Positions 8,432 to 17,859 of a stretch of 50,975 bases of DNA are shown here, one piece after another. This DNA comes from Gemmatimonadota bacterium (GTDB lineage: Bacteria; Latescibacterota; UBA2968; UBA8231). Each line of letters begins with the position of its first letter. Positions within the stretch are counted from its first letter, which is position 1. A model generated the notes under the pieces. That model saw only the letters and a list, made by a program, of their open reading frames with translations. It was not told the origin of the DNA and did no database searches. The stretch spans positions 1-50,975 of the forward strand of contig JAYOYH010000019.1 in the NCBI GenBank assembly GCA_038153405.1, written 5' to 3'. The position numbers and the translations under genes were made by a program.

Positions 8432-11065
8432 ATGCCAAATATGAGAAATTTAGCATTGTGCGCCTTGGCCTTAGCTTCGCTGTCGGCAGTGTGCGTCGAT
8501 GCGCAAAAGGTCAGTTTTTTGAGCGGGCGCGAGCCTCAGGGCGTGGAAGTGTATGAGATGGCGATGACCCCCTCTATGCGCAAGTGGGAACAGTCTCAGA
8601 GTCTGTATCACTTCTACCGCTGGACCGGTGAAGGGTATACCAACTATGCGATGAACAACTACGAGCGCTACGTGTCTACCGAGTTGGAGGGATTTCGCAC
8701 CTACGACATGTACGGCAATTACGTGACGCGCGGCTTCCCGATTTACAGTTGGGCTATCGACAGTCCGGCTAACTCGGGGACGACGGTGCGCAAGGCGCCT
8801 AAATACGGGTCTTGGTTTCGCAACTTGGTCGTTTCCTCCATGTCAAAGGGCGGCTTTTACTCGGCGCTGATGATCGGCGACGCCATCAATACGCGCCTGA
8901 CGCCGCTGACGTTTAACAAACCGGCTTTTAACGGCATTCAGTGGGACTTTGCTTCGGAGCGCTTTGAGGGAACGATGCTCTCGTCGCGGCTAGCTTCGCC
9001 CGGCACCGTGGTCATGGGCGAAAACGCCGGCGGTCAGGCGCTAGGCGATGTGACCAACCTCTTTGGCGGCCACGCCAACGTGCGCCTTAACGACTTTTCG
9101 CAGCTCGGCTTTACCTATCTCAACGTGTCCAACTTTTCCAGCACGCGCAAGCTGAGTCGCAACTCGCTCAAGGGCGTGCTGACCGGAGCGCAGAACGAGG
9201 GGCAGGTCGAAACGGTGGTGCTGCGCCTCAGCGACGACAGCCCGGAAGACGGCGTCGGCGGCACGCGCCTATTTTCCGAGCGCATTCTGATCAACGGCGT
9301 CGAGCATCCAGAAATCGTGCCGGTGCTGCGCGGCGGCGTGCGTCGCGGTGGGGTCATTGAGGCCAACGGCGTCGAGGCGATCGAACTAACGTACAATATC
9401 CTTACCGATTTTGAACTGCGCGACGACGACCTGGTCGAGAGTTATCAAGAAGTGCGCGAAGTCCAATTCGAACTGGCCGTGGCCAACGACTATCGGATTG
9501 AGGCCACTTCCAACCTGCAGGTCAACGGACAGGACGAGCCGGTGTTCTTGCTGGTCGAACGCGCGCACGGCAATGTCAGCGATGGTTCCAATCTGCGCTT
9601 TGTGCGCTTTGACTACGGGCTGCCGACGGGGCGCGATATCATTGGCTTCAACTTCAATATCGAAGATGCCAACGGCTTCAACCTGCGCTCGGAGTGGGCG
9701 CTTAGCCGCGCGTTTCGCCGCTTTCCCAACCAGAACTTCCAGAAGCACAAGGTGGCCCAAGACGAGGGCGTGGCCTACTATCTGACGGCGTCCCAGGATG
9801 CCTACCCGTACTTTGCCTATGGCGAGGTCTACCGCGTTGATCCCGAGTACTCGACCCGCTCCTTTATGAGCGATACGCGCGGCTTTATCGACTATGAGAA
9901 CCTGGAGCGCTATACCTTTGAGGCGGTTGATGACAACGACGATCAGGACCGCTTTCCCGACTGGCAGCGCCTGTGGCAGGGGGGTGATTTCGTCTTTGGC
10001 ACGACGCCGTTTGGCACGGGCGGCCTGCCCGACCCACAGGTCTTCCCCGGCTACGACGAAAACTCCGACTTTATTTCCGACTTCAACCAGAACGACAACA
10101 CGCTGCCCGACTACGACGAGCCCTTTGTGCGCTACGGCGTCGACGCGCCGGAGTTCCTCTTTGGCGTCGACATGAACAACAACGGCATTGTCGATCGCTT
10201 TGAAAACGACAACTTGGCCGACTTGCCCTACCGCCAGGATCGCCGCGGGTGGAATACCTATGGCGGCGTGCACATCGACGGTAATTTGAAACTGATCGTG
10301 GGATTGGCTTCGACCGACGAGATTAGCAGCAAGCGCAATTCAGACCAGATGTACGCCATTGTGCAGGGCCGCTGGAACTGGCCTGGCATAGAGGTCCGCG
10401 CCTACGAGTACGCGCGTTCGGTCGAAGACAATATCGAAGACACGGTGCTGTTTTGGACCGACCCGGATGGATTCCGCGAAGTCGTCGACCCGCTCGAAGC
10501 TACCGATGCCTTTATCAATACGGGGTATCTAACTTTTGATTACAAGCGCTTTGGCAAGCTGAATATCTACAACAAGGTCAAGTACAATTTCGTCAAGCAG
10601 CGCGGGGATGCGGCCGACCTCAAGGACGACCGCCTGTTTCTCGGTATGATCAACCGGGCGGATTACCCGATCGTCTTCTCCGAAAATATGCAGTTTTGGC
10701 CGCGCTGGAAGAGTATATTCCGCAAGATCAATCCGACCTATGACACGGATTTGGCCACCACGGAATGGTCGCACTTCTTTATGCTGACGTCCAAGTATTT
10801 CATCCTACCCACGACCTATGTGGAATACGGAGTAGAGTTTGACCTGTTCAGAAATATGGAGGATGCGCCCGAGGTGGTGCCGGCCGGTTTCAAGAACGAT
10901 TTCAACGCCACGGTGTTGGCCATACAGCTATCCAACCAGTCGTCGTATCTGGGCTACGCCCTTACGATGAACACCGGTTTCCGCTGGGAGCATCGCAGCT
11001 TTGAAGAGGATAGCGAAAGCCGCTCGCTTATTTTTGTGCGCGCATTCGCCGGTCTGCAAGACTAG
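8432..11065 (+). CDS. Large secreted, probably outer-membrane, hypothetical protein with Asp/Asn-rich Ca-binding-like segment
   Basis: Signal peptide ending VDA; many amphipathic beta-strands; DDNDDQDRFPD, DENSDFISD and DMNNNGIVD repeats; strongly biased codon usage; own promoter and terminator. Confidence 0.85.
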   Translation: MPNMRNLALCALALASLSAVCVDAQKVSFLSGREPQGVEVYEMAMTPSMRKWEQSQSLYHFYRWTGEGYTNYAMNNYERYVSTELEGFRTYDMYGNYVTRGFPIYSWAIDSPANSGTTVRKAPKYGSWFRNLVVSSMSKGGFYSALMIGDAINTRLTPLTFNKPAFNGIQWDFASERFEGTMLSSRLASPGTVVMGENAGGQALGDVTNLFGGHANVRLNDFSQLGFTYLNVSNFSSTRKLSRNSLKGVLTGAQNEGQVETVVLRLSDDSPEDGVGGTRLFSERILINGVEHPEIVPVLRGGVRRGGVIEANGVEAIELTYNILTDFELRDDDLVESYQEVREVQFELAVANDYRIEATSNLQVNGQDEPVFLLVERAHGNVSDGSNLRFVRFDYGLPTGRDIIGFNFNIEDANGFNLRSEWALSRAFRRFPNQNFQKHKVAQDEGVAYYLTASQDAYPYFAYGEVYRVDPEYSTRSFMSDTRGFIDYENLERYTFEAVDDNDDQDRFPDWQRLWQGGDFVFGTTPFGTGGLPDPQVFPGYDENSDFISDFNQNDNTLPDYDEPFVRYGVDAPEFLFGVDMNNNGIVDRFENDNLADLPYRQDRRGWNTYGGVHIDGNLKLIVGLASTDEISSKRNSDQMYAIVQGRWNWPGIEVRAYEYARSVEDNIEDTVLFWTDPDGFREVVDPLEATDAFINTGYLTFDYKRFGKLNIYNKVKYNFVKQRGDAADLKDDRLFLGMINRADYPIVFSENMQFWPRWKSIFRKINPTYDTDLATTEWSHFFMLTSKYFILPTTYVEYGVEFDLFRNMEDAPEVVPAGFKNDFNATVLAIQLSNQSSYLGYALTMNTGFRWEHRSFEEDSESRSLIFVRAFAGLQD

Positions 11066-11075
11066 TTCCTCTGCC

Positions 11076-11127
11076 CCCATAAAAAAACGCCCCTCGCCCA
11101 CATAGGCGAGGGGCGTTTTTTTATGGG
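11076..11127. terminator. Bidirectional intrinsic terminator
   Basis: Perfect 23-bp inverted repeat CCCATAAAAAAACGCCCCTCGCC / GGCGAGGGGCGTTTTTTTATGGG between convergent genes. Confidence 0.92.
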
Positions 11128-11131
11128 ATGC

Positions 11132-12262
11132 CTACCAATCGTTGACCGAGCCATCTGGACGGCGCCAGTGCGGCGGTTCGTCGGGCAGAGCCGGAGGATG
11201 CGATGCCGCCGCCTCTTCGTCAATGTCTACGCCGAGTCCCGGTGCATCGGGAGCGAGCAAATAGCCGTCTTCGAGAGTGTGGCTGGTTTGGATTACGTCG
11301 TTCATCCAGCCGCCGCTGGGGGCAAATTCCTGCACGGCACAGTTGGCTATGGAGAGATTTAGGTGCAGCATGGCTGCCGTGCTGACCGGACTGGCCGTGT
11401 AGTGGCACGCCATTTCTTGGTAGTGTACTTCGCCCATGGCAGCGATTTTCTTCCCTTCTGTGATACCTCCCGTGTGGCAGATATCTACGCGCAGGTAGTC
11501 GACCAATTCGCGTTCAATGAGCTCGCGGAATGTCCACTTGTCGTGCAGTTGCTCGCCCGTGCCGAGCGCCACGTCCGTATGGGCGCGCAGATGAGCAAAC
11601 GAGGCGGGATTCTCCGAGCGGATGGGATCTTCGACGTAGAAGGGCCGGTAGGGTGCTAGGTCGTTGCACAGCTCAACGGCCTGCGGCGGGTTGAGGCGCG
11701 TATGGGCTTCAAAGATGATTTGCGCATCTGGGCCAACTGCTTCGCGCAGTGCGGCCATATAGTCGACCGCGCCGCGCAGGCCGCGCACGGCATCGAATAC
11801 GTGTCCCGGCGCAAAGGCGTCCAGCGGCGACATGCGCAGGACCTTATAGCCCTCTGCGAGCAAAGAGCGGGCGTGTTCGATCATGCCGGGAATATCGCTG
11901 CAGCGCACGTGTCGGTAGACCAGCACCTTGTCGCGCGCCGCGCCGCCTAGCAGGCGATAGGTCGGCACGCCCAGTGCCTTGCCGGCTAGATCCCATAGGG
12001 CGATATCTATGCCGGCCAGCGCCGACTGCAGTACGGGTCCGCCGCGCCAGAACGTGCCGCGAAAAATATCCTGCCAGATAAACTCAATGCGCGTGGCGTC
12101 GCGGCCGATGAGCAGGGGTTTGATTGCATGGAGTGCCTCGACGACGGCCATGCTGCGCCCGCTGAGAGAGGCTTCACCCAGGCCGTGTAGGCCCTCGTCG
12201 GTCTCGATCTTGACATAGACAAACTGAGCGACGGCAAAGACGCGCATATCGGTGATATTCAT
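11132..12262 (-). CDS. Mandelate racemase/galactonate dehydratase-like enolase superfamily enzyme
   Basis: VKIETDEG..G.GEA, AGIDIALWDL.GK.LG.P.Y.LLGG, EAH, EDP, GE, GGITE and PGLGVDIDE motifs. Confidence 0.92.
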   Translation of the reverse strand: MNITDMRVFAVAQFVYVKIETDEGLHGLGEASLSGRSMAVVEALHAIKPLLIGRDATRIEFIWQDIFRGTFWRGGPVLQSALAGIDIALWDLAGKALGVPTYRLLGGAARDKVLVYRHVRCSDIPGMIEHARSLLAEGYKVLRMSPLDAFAPGHVFDAVRGLRGAVDYMAALREAVGPDAQIIFEAHTRLNPPQAVELCNDLAPYRPFYVEDPIRSENPASFAHLRAHTDVALGTGEQLHDKWTFRELIERELVDYLRVDICHTGGITEGKKIAAMGEVHYQEMACHYTASPVSTAAMLHLNLSIANCAVQEFAPSGGWMNDVIQTSHTLEDGYLLAPDAPGLGVDIDEEAAASHPPALPDEPPHWRRPDGSVNDW

Positions 12263-12300
12263 GATTCAGCTCGCATTCTTTAGTGGGTAACGGTTGCGGC

Positions 12301-13359
12301 TCAAGCGCCTGATAGCCACGTCTGGTCAAAATAGGCGAAGCGAATTACTTCATAGGGATGTTCCCGCCCACATTCGTATAGGCATGCGGCGCTGCCATCG
12401 GGCATGGCTAGCAGGCACGAATAGGCGGCTGGCCCTTCGTGCAGAGTGCGCGCAATAGGCCAACTGCGGCCATCGTCGCGGCTCAGGCGCACGGTCATAT
12501 TTTCGCGCTTTTCTTGGCTGGCCGGATTGGAAAAGAGCAGCAGCGCTGCATCGGCTGTCTCGAGGCGGCGCAGGCTGGCCTGGCAAATGGGCTCGATCAA
12601 TTCGCTCTGGTGTGACAGCGTCGACCAGCTCTCGCCGCCGTCGTCGCTGTGGGCGATGGCGCGCGCGCGTTGGTTGCGATCGTAGTTGCGCATATTGAGC
12701 AACAGGCGTCCGTCGCTGAGTTCGGCTACTTCGCACTCGTTGACTTGGTCCTGTGGTGTGGTGCCGCCCAAGCGCCAGCTCTTGCCGCCGTCGTCGCTGA
12801 GTATAACGTGGGAGAAATACTTTCTACTCTCAGCTTCTATGTGATCGCAGGGAATGACCAGGCGTCCGCTGCGCAGTTGGATGCCGGCGCCCGGCCCGGT
12901 GGCATACCAGGTCCAATTGGCTTCTTTGGTAGTGTGGGTGATATTCTGTGGCGAGCTCCAGGAGTGCCCGTCGTCTTCACTGCGCGTTAGCCAGACCGTG
13001 CGCGTGCCTTGGCTGCTGCCGTCGATGATTTGGTGCTCTACGTCTGTGCCCAGATTGTGCGTTAGCAGCAGCGATATGGCGCCGCTGCTGCGATCGATGA
13101 CGGCACACGGATTGCCGCAGGTGTTGCCGGGGTCCGCCCATACGATTTGCATATCCGACCAGGTGCTGCCCCCGTCGTCGCTGCGCCGCAGGAGGATATC
13201 GATATCGCCGCTGTCGCTGCGACCGCTGCGCCGTCCCTCGCAAAAGGCCAACAGGCTACCGGCGCGCGTGGCGATAATCGAGGGAATGCGAAAAGTGTGA
13301 TACGCCTCGTGGCCGCTAGTGAAGAGATCGCGTTGCTCAAGCATATGGATAGCTTTCAT
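12301..13359 (-). CDS. GH33 sialidase-family (BNR repeat) protein, no signal peptide
   Basis: FRIP motif; five Asp-boxes (SDDGG.TW, SEDDGHSW and others); AYS near the C-terminus. Confidence 0.9.
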   Translation of the reverse strand: MKAIHMLEQRDLFTSGHEAYHTFRIPSIIATRAGSLLAFCEGRRSGRSDSGDIDILLRRSDDGGSTWSDMQIVWADPGNTCGNPCAVIDRSSGAISLLLTHNLGTDVEHQIIDGSSQGTRTVWLTRSEDDGHSWSSPQNITHTTKEANWTWYATGPGAGIQLRSGRLVIPCDHIEAESRKYFSHVILSDDGGKSWRLGGTTPQDQVNECEVAELSDGRLLLNMRNYDRNQRARAIAHSDDGGESWSTLSHQSELIEPICQASLRRLETADAALLLFSNPASQEKRENMTVRLSRDDGRSWPIARTLHEGPAAYSCLLAMPDGSAACLYECGREHPYEVIRFAYFDQTWLSGA

Positions 13360-13540
13360 TAGATAGGTGAGGTTGGCGCATGGTCGGTTTTTTTTATTTA
13401 ATTATCGCCAAGTTATGGGGGGCGCAAAAGCCTTTTTTCGACATTCTATTTCATCGCGCCGATCGCGCGCAGCGATCAACTGCCGCAACGTGCCGTTAAC
13501 GCGTTGACCGCGGGGGCTAACTAAAAGATGGAAGGATTGC

Positions 13541-14563
13541 ATGACGGATGATAGAGTAGCCTACGCGCTGATAGCAGTGGGCGACTGCGAGCGGATGGAG
13601 CGCTATTTATTGGAGCGCGGATGGCTGCAAGAGGGTGAGCGGGTAGAGCGTGTGACGCGGGCGGGCGAAGGCAATATGAACTGCACGCTGCGCGTTTGCA
13701 CTAACCGTCGCTCTTTTATCGCCAAGCAGTCGCGGCCCTGGGTAGAGAAATATCCCTCGATTGCCGCCCCCGAAGAGCGCGTGCTAAAAGAGGCGATGTT
13801 TTATCGAGCGGTCGCCTCCCTTGCCGAGATTGCTGCGCGCATGCCGCGCTTGCTCGACTTCGACGAGCGCAACCGCGTTGTTCTGTTGGAAGATTTGGGT
13901 GAAACGGCTGATTTCACCGGCGCCTATCGAGATGGCGGCAGCGATTTGGCGCCGCTGCGCCCGCTGTGTAGCTGGTTGTCGGCGCTGCACGGAGCACAGT
14001 TTGACGAGGCCGTGCGCCGCGGTCTGGAGAATCGCTCCATGCGCGAGCTCAACCACGAGCACATCTTTTGCCTGCCGCTGCAGGCCGACAATGGGCTCGA
14101 CTTGGATGCGATTACGCCGGGTTTGGCACAGCGGGCTCGCCCCCTAGTGGAAAACGACGAACTCGCAGAGGTCGTCGCAGAGCTAGGGCAGCGCTACTTG
14201 GCCAACGGGAACTGCTTACTACACGGTGATTTTTACCCGGGCAGTTGGGTGCAGTCGGCTGATGGGGTGTGGATCATCGATCCGGAGTTTTGTTTTTTTG
14301 GTCCGGGTGAGTTCGACGTGGGCGTCTTTGTCGGTCACCTGCTGCTGGCCGGCCGGCCGTGGCAGTACGCCCTTAGCGTCTTCGAACACTACAAGGCAAC
14401 CGCCTTGTTTTCGCGCGAGGTTGCGCTGCGCTTTGCCGGCGTGGAAATCATGCGCCGACTCATCGGCGTGGCGCAGCTGCCGCTGGACGCCGATCTAGCC
14501 GGCAAAGAGCGTCTGCTAACCCTAGCTCAGCGCTTGATCCTCGCGCCGTGCGATGTGGAGTAA
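13541..14563 (+). CDS. Methylthioribose kinase-like (APH family) phosphotransferase
   Basis: GEGNMN, KQSRPWV, LLHGDFYPGS, IIDPEF and EIMRRLIG motifs, similar to MtnK. Confidence 0.82.
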   Translation: MTDDRVAYALIAVGDCERMERYLLERGWLQEGERVERVTRAGEGNMNCTLRVCTNRRSFIAKQSRPWVEKYPSIAAPEERVLKEAMFYRAVASLAEIAARMPRLLDFDERNRVVLLEDLGETADFTGAYRDGGSDLAPLRPLCSWLSALHGAQFDEAVRRGLENRSMRELNHEHIFCLPLQADNGLDLDAITPGLAQRARPLVENDELAEVVAELGQRYLANGNCLLHGDFYPGSWVQSADGVWIIDPEFCFFGPGEFDVGVFVGHLLLAGRPWQYALSVFEHYKATALFSREVALRFAGVEIMRRLIGVAQLPLDADLAGKERLLTLAQRLILAPCDVE

Positions 14564-14630
14564 ATGACGGATTTAGGTAGATTAAAACGGCCAGCTGGAT
14601 AATGCCTTCCCCGGGCGGGGTCGACGTGCA

Positions 14631-15038
14631 CTACTCGTCGTTTTGCCGCGGTGCTTTCAGCTCTTTGTATAACCAGAGCATGCCAGACGGAGAGTCGGAG
14701 TGAAACTGAAAGCCGAAGCGACAGCGCCCGTCTTCTAGGCGCCGCATCCACACCATATGGCCTCTGTGCTGGTGCACAGTACCTTTATACTCGAACTCCA
14801 TATCGAACGGTATATCTTCGTTGGTCTCAAAGCAAATGCCACCGTCTGACAGGTCAATGCCGCTTGCCTCAATAAGTCCAAAGTCGCCAATAAAATGAAT
14901 TGGAGTAGAAAGTTCGTTGCGCGCAGAGCGCTGTGGGTTTTTCTGATGAGAGCGCTGCTTTTCCAGTTCGGCAAGCCGTGCTCTGAGCGCACGGATTTCT
15001 TCTTCTAATGAATCGCTGTCCTCGTTGCTATTTTCCAT
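14631..15038 (-). CDS. PilZ-domain protein with N-terminal coiled coil
   Basis: QRSAR, DLSDGG and VWMR...FGFQF motifs. Confidence 0.75.
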   Translation of the reverse strand: MENSNEDSDSLEEEIRALRARLAELEKQRSHQKNPQRSARNELSTPIHFIGDFGLIEASGIDLSDGGICFETNEDIPFDMEFEYKGTVHQHRGHMVWMRRLEDGRCRFGFQFHSDSPSGMLWLYKELKAPRQNDE

Positions 15039-15088
15039 TGTTTGTCCTAGCTCGATGCGCTTATTACGAACTGTATACAGATGCGCCT

Positions 15089-15116
15089 AAGATAACAAAG
15101 CTGGAGGCGTGAGCAA
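15089..15116 (-). promoter_or_regulatory. Putative sigma70 promoter for the PilZ gene
   Basis: TTGCTC-16 nt-TATCTT with TGn extension on the minus strand. Confidence 0.4.
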
Positions 15117-15234
15117 AAGTAAAATGCGACTAACGAATGGCCAAGAAAATTAGGGGGGATATGCAGGGCATATCGTCGTGAATTCGCCCGCCTGAGTAAG
15201 TCGGATTAGAGCGGCCCTACTTGGTGCCGTTACC

Positions 15235-15263
15235 TTGCCGGCGCGCACGGGGAAAACTAAGTT
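15235..15263 (+). promoter_or_regulatory. Putative sigma70 promoter for manA-manC
   Basis: TTGCCG-17 nt-TAAGTT. Confidence 0.45.
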
Positions 15264-15289
15264 AGATAGATATATGAGAAAGCGGAGTT

Positions 15290-16285
15290 ATGTCTGAGAA
15301 ACTGCCCGATATTCTTCCACTAAGCCCGTATTTCCGCGAAATGGTTTGGGGTGGTAGGCGCCTTGGCGAGCTGTTTGGAAAAGAGCTGCCTGAAGCCGTT
15401 TCCATTGGCGAATCGTTTGAGCTATCGGCCTACAGGGGGCGCGAAAGTCGCGTGAGCGATGGACCTTTGCGCGGCATGGGGCTGGGTGAGTTGGTGGGGC
15501 GCTACGGGGCAGAACTGCTCGGCGTCGGCGTCGTCAAGCGCTATGGCCAGTGTATGCCGCTGCTGGTCAAACTGCTCGATGCGCGCCAAGACCTGTCTAT
15601 TCAGGTGCATCCCGACGATGCGTACGCGCGCGCTCATGCCCTGCGCGATAACGGCAAAATGGAAGCGTGGCTCGTGCTGCACTCGGATGGAGGTCGAGTG
15701 GCCTATGGTTTGGCCGATGGAGTCGATCAGTCGGCATTGGCCGCCGCCGTGACCGCCGGTCGCGTCGAAGAAGTAATTCGCTTTTTTCCCGTCCAGCGCG
15801 GAGACCTAGTGTTCTCGCCGCCGGGAACGGTGCATGCGCTGTGTGCCGGTGTGGTAATATACGAGGTGCAGCAGTCGAGCGACCTGACGTTTCGCATCTA
15901 CGATTACGATCGACCGGGCCTCGATGGCAAGCCGCGCGAATTGCATCTGCAGCAGGCGCTTGATGTAATCAATTTTTCCGCGCAACTGCCATCGCCGCAG
16001 CCGTGGTCAGCGTTGCCCGGGATGGACGAGCACGGCGGTGTATTGGTCGACTGCGAGCACTTCCATACGCGCTTTGTGTGCGGCGGGGCATCGCGCTGCG
16101 AAACGGGGGACAGCTTTGCGGCGCTAACGGTTGTCGGTGGTAGCGCCGTGCTGAGCGGTGCAGACGGCGCGTATGCCTTGGCTGCCGGCGGCACTGCGCT
16201 GCTGCCGGCCCGGCGCGCCGTGGCCGTTGAGCAACGCGGCGACGACGTGTTGGAATACGTGGTTTCTTCGGTCATGCGCGCTTAA
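15290..16285 (+). CDS. manA: Type I mannose-6-phosphate isomerase
   Basis: WGG, PLLVKLLDA..LSIQVHP, K.EAW, PGTVHAL and EVQQSSD.TFR.YDY motifs. Confidence 0.92.
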   Translation: MSEKLPDILPLSPYFREMVWGGRRLGELFGKELPEAVSIGESFELSAYRGRESRVSDGPLRGMGLGELVGRYGAELLGVGVVKRYGQCMPLLVKLLDARQDLSIQVHPDDAYARAHALRDNGKMEAWLVLHSDGGRVAYGLADGVDQSALAAAVTAGRVEEVIRFFPVQRGDLVFSPPGTVHALCAGVVIYEVQQSSDLTFRIYDYDRPGLDGKPRELHLQQALDVINFSAQLPSPQPWSALPGMDEHGGVLVDCEHFHTRFVCGGASRCETGDSFAALTVVGGSAVLSGADGAYALAAGGTALLPARRAVAVEQRGDDVLEYVVSSVMRA

Positions 16286-16302
16286 CAGAGAGGAAAATCT
16301 AT

Positions 16303-17376
16303 TTGAAATTTGTCATTCGCGCCGGTGGTATTGGCACGCGCCTGTGGCCTTTTAGCCGTAAGAATCGGCCCAAGCAGTTTCACGCTATGGCCGGAGCAGC
16401 AACCATGCTGCAAGACGCTGTTGGGCGCGTGGCATCTATAAGTACGCGCGATGATATCTACGTGTCTACGGGTGCGGCCATGGCCGACTTGGTGCGTCAA
16501 CAGCTGCCAGACATGGCAGAAGATCACATCTTGGTCGAACCTGCGCTGCGCAATACGGGCCCTGCCGTGGGACTCGAGTGCGCCCTGCTCGAAGCGCGCT
16601 TTCCCGGCTGCATTGTTGCCAGTCTCGGATCCGATCACTATATCGGTAAAGACGCCGAGTTTTGTCGCCTGCTGCAGGCGGCAGAGAGGGCACTGCAGGA
16701 GCGGCCGGAGTACTTGTTCACGCTCGGGGTGAAGCCGACGCGCGCAGAGACGGGGTACGGCTATATTGGCCGCGGTGCAGAACTGTGTCGGGTCGACGGC
16801 GTGCCGATATACGCCGTCGATGCGTTCAAAGAGAAACCCGATGCCGAGCGGGCACGGCAGTATGTAGACAGCGGTTCCCTGTGGAACAGCAATATGTTTG
16901 TGTGGAAAGCGGCGACGGTGCTCGACCTATTTGCCCGCTACGAGCCGGGTATGCACGAGATCTTGATGCGGATTGCAGCATCGGTCGGCAGCGGGCAAGA
17001 GGAAGCCGTCATTGCAGAGGAATATCCGCTTCTGAAGGCGGTGGCCATAGACAATGCGCTTATCGAAAGGGCCGAAAACGTAGCGACGATCGAGGCCGAT
17101 ATCGAATGGGGCGATATCGGCACCTGGGCTGCGCTGACCGACGTGCTGCCAACCGACGGCGACGGCAATTTATTTTCTGGGCAGGTCGTGGCGATCGACG
17201 CGCGCGATGCAACGGTCTATGCACCGGCCGATAAACTCGTCGCGCTGATCGGCGTGGAAGACCTGGTCGTCGTTGATACGCAGGACGCGCTGCTGGTGTG
17301 CCGAAAGGGTGATGCCCAGCGCGTGCGCGATGTGCTAGATCTGCTGAAGGAGCACCATCAAGACCGCTATACCTGA
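16303..17376 (+). CDS. manC: Mannose-1-phosphate guanylyltransferase
   Basis: AGG.GTRLWPFSR...PKQF, EP..RNTGPA, ETGYGYI, FKEKP and WGDIGTW motifs; TTG start. Confidence 0.93.
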   Translation: MKFVIRAGGIGTRLWPFSRKNRPKQFHAMAGAATMLQDAVGRVASISTRDDIYVSTGAAMADLVRQQLPDMAEDHILVEPALRNTGPAVGLECALLEARFPGCIVASLGSDHYIGKDAEFCRLLQAAERALQERPEYLFTLGVKPTRAETGYGYIGRGAELCRVDGVPIYAVDAFKEKPDAERARQYVDSGSLWNSNMFVWKAATVLDLFARYEPGMHEILMRIAASVGSGQEEAVIAEEYPLLKAVAIDNALIERAENVATIEADIEWGDIGTWAALTDVLPTDGDGNLFSGQVVAIDARDATVYAPADKLVALIGVEDLVVVDTQDALLVCRKGDAQRVRDVLDLLKEHHQDRYT

Positions 17377-17402
17377 GGTGTGGTTCGGTCAATCTTTCGA
17401 TC

Positions 17403-17438
17403 GGGAGCGGCGCATGGATGCCGCTCCCATTTTATTTA
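17403..17438 (+). terminator. Intrinsic terminator after manC
   Basis: GGGAGCGGC / GCCGCTCCC stem followed by ATTTTATTT. Confidence 0.75.
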
Positions 17439-17820
17439 CTACCTAGCTTTTCCAGCATTGGGATTAGATCGCAGCAGTCGAAGTGGGCGGTGTGCGCGCC
17501 GACGGTGCTGCGGATGGTGGGGCCAAGAATCTTCATATAGGCATTGGTGAATGGGCGCGGTTCGGTCGATTCTTCGTCGAATAATGTGCGGACGATGGGC
17601 ATGGCCAAGTCGAGTACGTCTCAGCCTAACTGCTGTTCGCGGCGCCCTTGTTCTGCGGTCGCCCCCACACAGAGAAGTTAAAAATGCAGGTTGGGTCGGT
17701 CAGCGGTTCGATCAATTCGCCAAAGCGGCAGACCCGCTGTCCGACCAATCCCACATATACCTACTCCCCTAGTGCTTGCGACAGCGTTTTGATCAGCTGT
17801 CAGTCCACGTCCGCGTGCAC
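17432..17820 (-). pseudogene. Possible decayed gene remnant
   Basis: Protein-like reading broken by in-frame stops and one frameshift, ending in a 56-aa ORF (17602-17432). No family recognised. Confidence 0.3.
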
Positions 17821-17859
17821 TCATTGCTAATGCTAGACAATGCGCGCGCGGCAGCTGCA

